A DNA stretch of 64,000 nucleotides from Blastocladiella emersonii ATCC 22665 (lineage: Eukaryota > Fungi > Blastocladiomycota), in assembly GCA_025594325.1 (NCBI GenBank), contig JANHCV010000006.1, positions 1,798,001 through 1,862,000 on the forward strand. The letters run 5' to 3'. Below are positions 1 through 10,000 of the stretch, in pieces. Every line of letters starts with the position of its first letter. Within the stretch, counting starts at the first letter, position 1. Below the pieces are notes generated by a model. The model had not been told where the DNA came from. It worked only from the letters and a program-made list of their open reading frames with translations, and searched no databases. The position numbers and the translations under genes are program-made.

Positions 1-50
1 ATCGAGTGAGTGAGTCCTCGAGCTCACACCCGACGAGCGCCGTGACGTAG

Positions 51-3000
51 AACCTCCCCGCCCACCTCACCGCAACCGTCATCGCCAACGCGGACCCCGA
101 CGCGAACGCCGCATCGCCCGCCGTCATCAGTGCGGCCGCGGCCGCGTCGACCGGGACCCAGGACCCTGCCCTGCTCGCTACGGCAGCTGCCGCGGCCGCC
201 ATTGGCCTCGGCATCTCCGGCGTGCCCTCGCCCGCCGCGCCCGCGCCCGTCGACCTCCAGGTGCCCCAGCAGTTTGGCGCGACCCACCACTCGCCCGCCT
301 TCACCCCGGTGATTCCCGCCAACGCGGCCGTGGCGCTGCAGCGCAAGCGCTCGCGTACCGGGTCGCCGTCGGCCGCCCGCCGCGCGTCCGCCGCCGCTGC
401 CTCGGTCACCGGCACCACGGTCGGGTCGCCGCTGCTCGATGCGAGCGCCGCCAACAACGGCAGTAGTGGCGCCTCGCTCGTCCGCCGCTCCAGCGGCTCG
501 TCGCGCAGCGCGCGCCCGGCCCCGTCCACCTCGGGCTCCGTCTCGGGCGGCGCCCACTCGGCGAGCCCCGCGCTCACCGCGTCGGCTTCGGGCTCGCCCG
601 CGTCCGTGACATCCAGCTCGTTCCCCGCCTCGGCGTTCCCGACGCCGCACGCCGGCTCGCTCCTGTCGGCACAGCTGTCAGCCGTGAGTGGGACCCACCA
701 GTTTGCGCACCACCACCAGTTTCAGAACCCGATGCTCGGTGCCGCCCTCGGCCACGTCGGCGGCGGCGGCCTCGCCACGGCCTCGCCCAACCCGTTCGTT
801 CCGCTCCCCGCCGACGACCTCCCGCCGCTGTCCCTGTCGGCGCTCCCGATGCCGCTGCTCGGGTCCACGTCCGCTAACGGGTCGGCGACCAGCCTCGTGT
901 ACCCGGCGTCGACGCTCGCGCCCATGCCCGAGGAGTGCGAGGAGCTCATGGACATGTCGGGCTCGGACGCGCACCACCACGCCGCCGCCGCGCTCGCCGC
1001 CGCGGCCAACGGGACGTGCGACCTCGCATGGCTCGCCAACGCCGCGGGCGCCTCGCTCGGCGACCTCTCGGCCATGAGTTTTGGGAGCGGGCCCGGCACC
1101 GGCGAGTACCCGTCGTCGCTCGCGTCGGCCGACTCAAGCATCCTCGGCTTCCTGCCCTCGTTCGACGGCATGGACACGACTGCCGCCAACGCTGCGGCGC
1201 CTATGGACCCGCACCAGTTCCTCGGCCTTGGCGACATGTCGGCGTTTGACGGGTTCGGCTTCGACGCGCTCCTCACACCCGCGACGTCGGCGTCCCTCCC
1301 CTCGCTCATCCTCACGCAGCCCACGCCGACCGAGGCGTGGACGCTTCCCGCCGCGGGTCACACGGCGTCGCCGCTCCCGTTCCCGCTGCCCACCCCGCCC
1401 GCGGCCGCGCTCGGCACCAGCATGCCCGCGCTCCCATCACCTGCGGCAGTACCGCCCCCGAGTAGCGGTGGTGCCAAGCTCGCCCGCCGGTCCTCGGTGA
1501 CCCGCGGCGGGAGCGACGGGCCCGGTTCCAGCACCGCGCAGACTGGTCCGGGCACGGTCCCGCGCTCGTCGGCGCCGAAGATCCAGCGGTCCAACAGCAC
1601 CACGGCGCACTCGGCGCGCGGTGCGGGCGGTGCTGGCGGGCTCGCGCGGTCGAGCTCGACCAACTCGCGTGCGTCGGCGGCGACCGCTGCGGCCGCAGTC
1701 GCTGCAGCAGCTGCCGCCAAGGCGGCCACCTCGTCGACGACCCCCAATGAGTCACCCATGACCCTCGTCGCTCCACCCGCGCGCCCGCTCGCGCCCGCGA
1801 CCGCGTCCACGGCGCCGTTGACGTCGGCGGTCCCGCTCGTGACGGCGGTCGTCGCGCGCGTCGCCGACCTCCGCGCGCGCGGGATCCGCGTGCCCGCGAC
1901 GCAGATCCAGCAGCACACGACCAACTCGGCGCCGTCGCAGCTGCCCGCCGAGGCCGTGGGCGAGCTGGACCGCGTCTTCTTCGGGTTCCTGCACGCGCTG
2001 TGCGCGGACCCGGCGGCGACCGACTCGCGCGGCGACCCGATCCACCAGACGCAGGCGGCGCGGCTCATGGAGGCCGTGGCGGCGCCCGCGTCGTCGGGCA
2101 CCGAGGACGATGCCGCGGGGGCGCCGCCGTCCGTCGCGATCGAGGCGACCGACGCCGCGGCCGCGGGCGAGGACGGGCTCGCGGCGGGCCAGTTCACGGT
2201 CATCAGTTTCCGGATCCAGGCGTTCACCACGGCGTTCACCGAGGCGCTCGAGGCCACGGGGATCGGCAGCGAGGGCGCGGCCGACGGCGGGCGGTTTAAG
2301 CTCTCGCCGCGCAAGATCCGCGTGTACCTGTGGAACAACCGGTTCATCCGCCGGTTCATCGAGGGCGGCAAGAAGGCGAAAACCAAGGGCGCGCATATCT
2401 GGTCGGTCCGCGCGCGCAAGCGGATCGCTGCGCCCGTCGCGGCGGTCCCGACGCCTGGGACCCTCGGCGGGCTAGCGCACGACCTCGCCCAGGACCTGCG
2501 CCTTTCCGACTCGCCGCCCGCGCCCGCTGCGCCCGAGGCCGCGACGGCGTGGGAATGGGAGTTTGCCCCGTTCGAGCGCAAGATCGTCGGCCCGCTGCCC
2601 CCCGTCGCCGTGCCCGGCTCCACCGGGTGGACGTGGGAGCCGTCCATCTGGGACCCGCAGGTCAAGGCGCCGCGCGCCGTGTTCGAGTCGCCCGCCGGCA
2701 GCCTGCCCCCCTGGCTCGCGTGGGACCGCGCGGGCGCCGTGCTGTGCGGCGACCCGCCCGCGGGGCTCGCGCCCGGCGTCCGCGAGGTCGAGGTCGTCGC
2801 CCGGTACCAGGTCGGCGATACCCAGGTCACCGTGTCCAAGCTCGTCGAGATCGAGGTCGCCTGCGCCGTCTCGGACCCGCGCGTGCTCGCGTCGTCGGCG
2901 GGTGTAGCCGCGGCGGCTGCGGCAGTAGCTGCGGCGGGCAAGTCGAGCGCAGCGGCCGCGGTCTCCGCATCCAACACGGCGACGGCCGGGTGGTCGCTCG

Positions 3001-3197
3001 CGGCCGGTATGCCTGGGTACCACTCGCACGTCGCGTCGCTCATGGGCATGCCGCCGATCCCGCAGCTGCCGATGCAGATGAACATGTCGATGCCGCCGCC
3101 GCCGCTCAGCTACTTTGCGCCCCCGCCGCCGCCATCAACGGAGCTCGACTGGCTCCAGCAGGGCGCCGCGGGCGCGGCCGCCGTGTCGCGGCCATAG
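51..3197 (+). CDS. Uncharacterised protein, 5'-truncated: Ser/Ala/Pro-rich low-complexity N-terminus, a conserved-looking C-terminal domain and an Ig-like (He_PIG-type) motif
   Basis: Intron 6..50 (GTGAGT...GTGACGTAG) precedes an exon open from 51 to 3197, so the gene starts upstream of the window. Codon usage is GC3-rich. The globular segment DRVFFGFLHALCAD...FRIQAFTTAF...KKAKTKGAHIWSV...WTWEPSIWDPQ recalls fungal hypothetical proteins. LPPWLAWD...LCGDPP resembles the He_PIG/CADG Ig-like motif. Confidence 0.8.
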   Translation, partial: NLPAHLTATVIANADPDANAASPAVISAAAAASTGTQDPALLATAAAAAAIGLGISGVPSPAAPAPVDLQVPQQFGATHHSPAFTPVIPANAAVALQRKRSRTGSPSAARRASAAAASVTGTTVGSPLLDASAANNGSSGASLVRRSSGSSRSARPAPSTSGSVSGGAHSASPALTASASGSPASVTSSSFPASAFPTPHAGSLLSAQLSAVSGTHQFAHHHQFQNPMLGAALGHVGGGGLATASPNPFVPLPADDLPPLSLSALPMPLLGSTSANGSATSLVYPASTLAPMPEECEELMDMSGSDAHHHAAAALAAAANGTCDLAWLANAAGASLGDLSAMSFGSGPGTGEYPSSLASADSSILGFLPSFDGMDTTAANAAAPMDPHQFLGLGDMSAFDGFGFDALLTPATSASLPSLILTQPTPTEAWTLPAAGHTASPLPFPLPTPPAAALGTSMPALPSPAAVPPPSSGGAKLARRSSVTRGGSDGPGSSTAQTGPGTVPRSSAPKIQRSNSTTAHSARGAGGAGGLARSSSTNSRASAATAAAAVAAAAAAKAATSSTTPNESPMTLVAPPARPLAPATASTAPLTSAVPLVTAVVARVADLRARGIRVPATQIQQHTTNSAPSQLPAEAVGELDRVFFGFLHALCADPAATDSRGDPIHQTQAARLMEAVAAPASSGTEDDAAGAPPSVAIEATDAAAAGEDGLAAGQFTVISFRIQAFTTAFTEALEATGIGSEGAADGGRFKLSPRKIRVYLWNNRFIRRFIEGGKKAKTKGAHIWSVRARKRIAAPVAAVPTPGTLGGLAHDLAQDLRLSDSPPAPAAPEAATAWEWEFAPFERKIVGPLPPVAVPGSTGWTWEPSIWDPQVKAPRAVFESPAGSLPPWLAWDRAGAVLCGDPPAGLAPGVREVEVVARYQVGDTQVTVSKLVEIEVACAVSDPRVLASSAGVAAAAAAVAAAGKSSAAAAVSASNTATAGWSLAAGMPGYHSHVASLMGMPPIPQLPMQMNMSMPPPPLSYFAPPPPPSTELDWLQQGAAGAAAVSRP

Positions 3198-3582
3198 CAG
3201 TAACAGCAGTAGTAGACAGTGTACCAATAAACTAGCAGTGTACAGGGCGGCGACCCACGACATGGACGTCGTTCGCCCGCCCAACCGTTCCCTTCCAACC
3301 TCGCCGTCGACCCGCTGGTGCGCCGATCGGAGACAAGCGCGAGACAAGCGCGTCGGTGTGGCGCAGCGGTTCACGTGTGGGTGACGGGCGTGGCGGGGTG
3401 TTGGGAACTCGAGCGAACCGACGCGTGGTCACGTTCTTCGGCCGGGTTCGGCAGCGCCGATCGCGCCCGCGCGGGCCTCGGCCGGTATATCAACAGGCCG
3501 CCCCTCCCCTCCCCTCGCGCTCTTCTCCCGTTGCAGACCGACCGTCCCCCTCGCCACCTCGATCCGTTCGCCACTGTCAACC

Positions 3583-5385
3583 ATGCACCGCATTCCCCAC
3601 GCTGCCCGCGTCGCCCGCGCCGCCGCCCTGCGCCGGTCCTTCTCCACGCACAAGGAGATCACGTTCGGCGCCGACGGCCGCGCCAAGCTCGCCAAGGGCG
3701 TCGACACGCTGGCCCGCGCCGTCGCCGTGACGCTCGGCCCCAAGGGCCGCAACGTGCTCATCGAGCAGCCCTACGGCTCGCCCAAGATCACCAAGGACGG
3801 TGTCTCGGTCGCCAAGGCCATCACGCTCGAGGACAAGTTCGAGAACCTCGGTGCCCGGTTCGTGCTGCTTTCCCCGACTCTGATCGATCGGCTCCGACTA
3901 ATCCGCGCCCACGCACATCCATGTAGCCTCGTCCAGGACGTCGCCAACAAGACCAACGAGGTCGCCGGTGACGGCACCACGACCGCCACGGTCCTCACCC
4001 GCGCCATCTTCAACGAGGGCCTCAAGAACGTTGCCGCCGGGTGCAACCCCACGGACCTGCGCCGCGGTGTCCAGGTGGCCGTCGACGCCGTCGTCAAGCA
4101 CCTCAAGGAGAACCGCCGCATGATCACGTCGTCCGAGGAGGTGGCCCAGGTCGCGACCATTTCGGCCAACGGCGACCGCCACGTCGGCGCCCTGATCGCG
4201 CAGGCCATGGAGAAGGTTGGCAAGGAGGGCGTCATCACGGTCCAGGAGGGCAAGACGCTCGAGGACGAGCTCCAGATCACCGAGGGCATGCGCTTTGACC
4301 GCGGCTTCATCTCGCCCTACTTCATCACCGATGTCAAGGGCCAGAAGGTCGAGTTCGAGAAGCCCCTCGTCCTCCTCTCGGAGAAGAAGATCTCGCTCAT
4401 CCAGGACGTGCTCCCCGCCCTCGAGGCCGCCGCCCAGACCCGCCGCCCGCTCCTCATCGTCGCCGAGGACGTCGACGGCGAGGCCCTCGCCGCCTGCATC
4501 CTCAACAAGCTCCGCGGCCAGGTCCAGGTGTGCGCCGTCAAGGCCCCCGGCTTCGGCGACAACCGCAAGGCCACGCTCCAGGACATGGCCATCCTCACGG
4601 GCGGCCAGGTCTTTTCGGACGAGCTCTCGGTCAAGCTCGAGAAGGCGACCATTGACCAGCTCGGCCAGGCCGGCACCGTGACCGTGACCAAGGAGGACAC
4701 CATCTTCCTCAACGGCCTCGGCGACAAGGCGGCGCTCGGCGAGCGGTGCGAGCAGATCCGCTCGGCCATTGCCGACACGGCGTCCGAGTACGAGAAGGAG
4801 AAGCTGCAGGAGCGCCTGGCCAAGCTGTCGGGCGGCGTCGCCGTGATCAAGGTCGGCGGCTCGTCCGAGGTCGAGGTTGGCGAGAAGAAGGACCGGTTCG
4901 TCGACGCGCTCAACGCGACGCGCGCGGCCGTCGAGGAGGGCATCGTGCCCGGCGGTGGCACCGCCCTGCTCAAGTCGACGCTCATCCTCGGCGACCTCAA
5001 GGCGACCGTCGCCAACTTTGACCAGCAGCTCGGCGTCGACCTCGTCCGCCGCGCCCTCCAGGCGCCCACGCGCACCATCGTCGACAACGCCGGCGACTCT
5101 GGCTCGTTTGTCGTCGGCAAGCTCCTTGACCAGGCGTCCGTCGAGGGCAAGACCTTCACCATCGGCTACGACGCGGCCAACGGCCAGTACGTGGACATGA
5201 TCAAGGCCGGTATCATTGACCCGCTCAAGGTCGTCCGCACCGCCCTCGTCGATGCCGCCGGTGTCGCCTCGCTCCTCACCACGTCCGAGTGCATGATCGT
5301 CGACGCGCCCAAGAAGGACGCCCCCGCGGCCCCCGCGGCCGGCGGGATGGGCGGTATGGGTGGTATGGGCGGCATGGGCTTCTAA
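3583..5385 (+). CDS. HSP60: Mitochondrial chaperonin Hsp60 (GroEL family)
   Basis: Motifs [35 protein letters not shown] and GIVPGGG, a C-terminal GGM repeat and an Arg-rich presequence. One in-frame intron at 3858..3926 (GTTCGT...CTAAT...TGTAG). Confidence 0.98.
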   Translation: MHRIPHAARVARAAALRRSFSTHKEITFGADGRAKLAKGVDTLARAVAVTLGPKGRNVLIEQPYGSPKITKDGVSVAKAITLEDKFENLGARFVLLSPTLIDRLRLIRAHAHPCSLVQDVANKTNEVAGDGTTTATVLTRAIFNEGLKNVAAGCNPTDLRRGVQVAVDAVVKHLKENRRMITSSEEVAQVATISANGDRHVGALIAQAMEKVGKEGVITVQEGKTLEDELQITEGMRFDRGFISPYFITDVKGQKVEFEKPLVLLSEKKISLIQDVLPALEAAAQTRRPLLIVAEDVDGEALAACILNKLRGQVQVCAVKAPGFGDNRKATLQDMAILTGGQVFSDELSVKLEKATIDQLGQAGTVTVTKEDTIFLNGLGDKAALGERCEQIRSAIADTASEYEKEKLQERLAKLSGGVAVIKVGGSSEVEVGEKKDRFVDALNATRAAVEEGIVPGGGTALLKSTLILGDLKATVANFDQQLGVDLVRRALQAPTRTIVDNAGDSGSFVVGKLLDQASVEGKTFTIGYDAANGQYVDMIKAGIIDPLKVVRTALVDAAGVASLLTTSECMIVDAPKKDAPAAPAAGGMGGMGGMGGMGF

Positions 5386-5567
5386 GCCGCTTGATGGTGC
5401 CGAGGAAGAAGAGGATGATGATTTAGGACAGCTCTTGATATCTATAAACGTGTACCTTCTCATATTATCGTGCTCGTGGTCGACGCGAGGTCGCCGTGAG
5501 GGTCCTGTCGTTCGCAAGTCGTCCATGACGAAGGCCACTCCCCTCAACACCATGCACCGACACAACC

Positions 5568-6412
5568 ATGAAGCAGTCTAACTCGATGCAACCTCCCGTG
5601 CCGGCCGTGCCCGCGGCGATCCGGCACCTCGTGCAGGCGGTGAGCACCGTGGCGCAGCTCGCGGACGCGGCGGCCAAGCTGACGTCTGACTCGCTGCCCG
5701 TGTGCAACAAGGTGGTCACGCTCGCCCTACAGCGGCGATCGATCTTGCTCGACGCCGCCGACGCCGACGACAGCGCAGCCGCCCTCGACAAGGCGCTCGC
5801 GCGCGTTGGCGAGCTCGACGCCGAGATCGCTGACTGGTACGCCAAAGTCGTGTCGGCGGTTCACCTCCTGGTACGGTACGCGTGTCGCGGGAGGAAGTTG
5901 AGGCGTGACGGTGGGGACGCTGACGCAGGATGGAGCAGCAATCGAACCACGTCAAGCTCGCGGCGGCCGCGCACACGGCGCACACGCTGCTCCTGAACGC
6001 GCAGCAGGCGAGCAGCAGGGACCCGGAATCGGCCATGGTCGGCGGGTCGATGATTCGAGCAGCGAGGCTCGGTACGACTTACAACCGTGTCCCCTCACAC
6101 GTCGCCAGCTCACACCGCACGCCCTCGTGTGTAGCCGAGATGATCAACGAAGTCCTCGCGATGCACGCGGCCGACCTGGCGCTCAAGCTGCAGCTGGCGG
6201 GCACGCTCGACGCGCTGGCGCTCCCGCTCGCGTCGGACCCGGCGACGTGCGGCGCGCAGTGGGACCGCGCGCAGCTCGTCACGCTGCTCGGCCACTGGAT
6301 GTACGCGCCGCCCGTGCGGCAGGCGGGCGTCGCCGACCTCGCCGACGCGGCCGACGCGCTGCGCAGGTGGATGGCCGACGCGGCCGCCGGCGCTGGCGCG
6401 GCACGGGAATGA
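5568..6412 (+). CDS. Helical protein with a CINP-like C-terminus (tentative)
   Basis: Introns 5876..5928 (GTACGC...GCTGAC.CAG) and 6072..6134 (GTACGA...GTAG) join the ORFs. EVLAMHAADLALKLQLAGTL...LVTLLGHWMYAPPV resembles, from memory, the CINP C-terminal pattern (MY.KEL.LK...L...YLSMWLHQPYV). Confidence 0.5.
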
Positions 6413-7008
6413 ATGAAATGCGGTGATTGTGCTCGTTGTTCGGCGATGTTCGCGAAGAGGGAGCAGCAGCAGGCCAGCTTGATGGAGGATCCGGCGAGCT
6501 TGAAGGAGAATCCGACGAGCTCGGGCCCAGGCTCGGGTCCCCAGATCAAGGCGCGGGAGCCTCTGCAAGGAGCGCGGTTGAGTCGATCGCTCGTGTCCGC
6601 GCGCGCTCGTCGGTGGAGAGAAGCCTTTGTTGATGGTCACAACGGTGACGGGACCACTCGTGCGTTGGGAACGCTGGCCGCGGAGGTGCTCGCCACGTCA
6701 GCGCCAGGCAACCGTCGCGACCGTGGTCGGGATGCGGGAGGAGAGCGTCCCACGGCCGCGCTCCGGGTCCGTCCACGCACCCGAAGCGCCAAACAAACGG
6801 CGCACGACCTGCCCCGCCACGCCGGAGTTATGGCCGGCCACTGACGGAATAAAGAGCCGCCACGGCGCCGCCTCCCTCTCCCTTCGCGGAGCGCCACGGA
6901 TCAGCGCCTCCAACTCTGCCACAGCCTTGCTGCAACTTGCTCGCTTGCTCCTGCGCCTCCGGCGTCCCTGCAGCTCAAGACCTAGACGCCTCGCACTCCT
7001 ACGCCACC

Positions 7009-10000
7009 ATGCCGTTCTGCTCGTCGAGCGGCGGCTCGCTCGAGATCCTCGAGTCCAACGTCGTCGACTTCACGACGTGCTTCCACCAGGCCATCCTGCT
7101 CAATGTCCCCACCGCCTTCCTGATCGTGCTCGGCGTTCCGCGCCTCGTGTTTCTCGCCAAGCGCGCCGCGCGGTTCCCGGCCTCGGCCCGCCTCTACCTC
7201 GAGGTCGCCCTGCTCATCGCCGCCGCGGCCCTGTCCGTCGTCAAGGCCGTCGTCGCGTCCTCGGCCGACCCCGCCATGGACTCGAGTGTCCTCGTCGCCC
7301 ACATTGGCGCTGCCGTCGCGCTGGTACGCTCGCACGCCCGGATTCCGAAGGCGGGATCACATCACTGATCACCACCACCACCACCACCACCACCTCCTCC
7401 TCCTCCCCCTGTATTTATCGTACAGCTCTTCGCCATCCCGATCCAGTGGCTCGAGCACACCAAGCTGCCCGCGCCGTCGTCGCTCATCACGCTCTTCTGG
7501 TTCCTGCGCACGCTCGCCGGCGGCCTCGCCCTGCGCACCTACGTCCGCCTCGGCTTCGACTCGACCAACCCGACCTTCTACACGCTCTTCCTCGCCTCCA
7601 CCCTCGTCTCGCTCGTCGGCACCGTGGTGGCGGCCGTGCCCAGCGCGGCGCGGTTGGGCGCCAAGGAGCTGCCCGAGAACAACTCGTCCGTCTTCTCGCG
7701 CGCCACCTTCGCGTGGATGCTCCCGCTGCTGCGCGACGCCAACCGCAAGACGCTCACCATGGACGACATCTACGACACGTCGCGCTTCTTCACGGTGCGC
7801 CGCCTCACGCCGCTCTACGAGTCGCTGCTGGCCGCCAGCAAGGCCACGCCGCTCGCCAACCCCGTCTCGGGCCTGACCGTCGGCGTTGTGAAGCGGCACT
7901 GGACCACCTTCGCGCTCGCCATCGTCGGCGACGCCGCCGCCCTCGTCTGCAACTTTGCCACGCCGCTGTTCCTCTCGGGCCTGATCGCGTTCGTCGAGAT
8001 GAGCTCGACGCGCGCCGCGGCGCTCGGCGTCCCGGCCCCGCCGCTCGGCGACGGCCTCATCTACGCCATCGGCATGTTCCTGTCCACGAACCTCGTCACC
8101 ATCGCCAACTCGTACAGCCTCCAGCTCCTGACCAAGCTGCAGCTGCGCATGCGCACCATGCTCATGTCCGCCATCTACCGCAAGGCCCTCGTGCTCTCGC
8201 TCGCGGCCCGCGGTGAGGCCTCAGTGGGCGAGATCGTCAACCGCATGTCCGTGGACACCAACCAGGTCGTCGCGTTCCTGCCTGCGACCAACGACCTGTG
8301 GTCCATGCCCATCACCATCGCCCTCTGCCTGTGGTTCCTGTTTTCCCTCCTCGGGCCCTCGGCGTTCGCCGGGATCGTCGTCGTGCTCGTCCTCACGCCG
8401 CTCATCAAGTGGTCCACCGGCGTCTACATGCGCCAGAACAAGGTCAAGCTCGGCACCATGGACACGCGCATCAAGCTGCTCAACGAGGTGGTCTCGGGCA
8501 TGAAGACGGTCAAGCTGTACGGGCTCGAGGACTACTTCAAGCGCAAGCTCGTCGCGCTCCGCGACACGGAGCAGGCCGCGCTGCGCCGCCTGTGGCAGGC
8601 CATGTCGATGATGGTCGGCGTCACCAACTCGATTCACATCATGATCGTGCTCTTCACGTTCGTCTCCTACTCGCTCATCGGCGACCCGGCCAAGCCCCTC
8701 ACCCCGCAGCGCGTCTTCGTCTCCATGGCGTACCTCGACCTCCTCCTCAACCCGATCGGCGCCCTGTTCGGCGTCATCGCCGCCGCCGGTAACGCGCTCG
8801 TCTCGTACCGCCGCATCGGCGAGTTCCTCGCCGCCAAGGAGTTTGACCCCGCCGCCGTCGACCGCTCCGACGACAGCGAGTCGCCCATTGCCGTCCAGAT
8901 CGCCGACGGCCACTTCCAGTGGGAGCTGCCGACCAAGAAACCCGAGACTACGGCCACGACCGAGGCCGACGCGGCCGCCAAGGAGTCGGACGTCGAGGCC
9001 AACCTCGCGCCCAAGCCGTCGACCGACGAGCAGGTCGACACCGCCGCCGCCGTGTCCGCGGCGCCGTTCGAGCTCAAGAACATCAACCTGACGCTCGGCC
9101 GCGGCAAGCTGACGGCTGTCGTGGGCCGCGTCGGCGAAGGCAAGTCCGCCCTGCTGCACGCGATCCTCGGCGAGATGCGCAAGCTCGACGGCACCACGAC
9201 GATGCGCGGCACCGTCGCGTACGTCCCGCAGGCCGCGTGGATCTTCAACGGCACGCTGCGCGAGAACATTGTGTTCTGCTCCAAGTTTGACGAGGCGTGG
9301 TACAACAAGGTGATCGAGGCGTGCGCGCTCACGCCCGATGTCAAGGCCATGGTCAACGGCGACGCGACGCTCATCGGCGACAAGGGTGTGACGGTACGGC
9401 TGCGGACTGATGCGTGTTTCGCGCGCTTTCTGGGCCGTGGATGCTAACTTGACCCTTGGTCGAAAACGCGTAGTGCTCGGGTGGCCAGCAGGCGCGCATC
9501 TCGCTCGCGCGCGCCGTCTACTCGAACAAGGACATCTACCTCCTGGACTCGGTTCTGAGCGCGGTCGACGCCGCCTCCGACAAGTACATCTTCAATAACG
9601 TGCTCGGGCCGCGCGGCCTGCTGCGCAAAAAGTCGGTCATCCTTGTCACGCACGGCGTCCACCACCTCTCGCAGTGCGACGAGGTCGCGCTCCTCAAGGA
9701 CGGCACCGTCGCCGAAAACGGCTCGTACGAGGACCTCATGGCCCGCCGCGGCGACGTGTACAAGCTCGTGACCGAGTACTCGACCAAGGACGCCGACAAG
9801 CCCGACGACACGTCGAGTTCGAGCTCAAGCGACGACGACGACGACGACGGCATTCTCGCCGGTTTCGTCGACGGCGTGCGCCGCCGGTTCCACCGCGGCG
9901 ACAAGCCCAAGCGTGCCGCGACCAAGGACTCGGTCGTGTCGGCCGCCTCGTCGACGGCCGCGAGCAAGTCGGGCGCCGGCGCCGACGAGTCCAAGCCCGC

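Noticed and set aside
3200-3582. Heat-shock elements or a head-to-head HSP10 upstream of HSP60
   Set aside because: No clean nGAAnnTTCn triple was found, and the upstream neighbour is the 3' end of another gene.
3898-5565. Long antisense and alternate-frame ORFs (for example 3898..5565, 15904..17838, 38935..40731, 49513..51834, 62275..63759)
   Set aside because: Shadow ORFs of GC3-biased genes on the other strand or frame. They have Arg/Gly/Ala-rich composition and no motifs.
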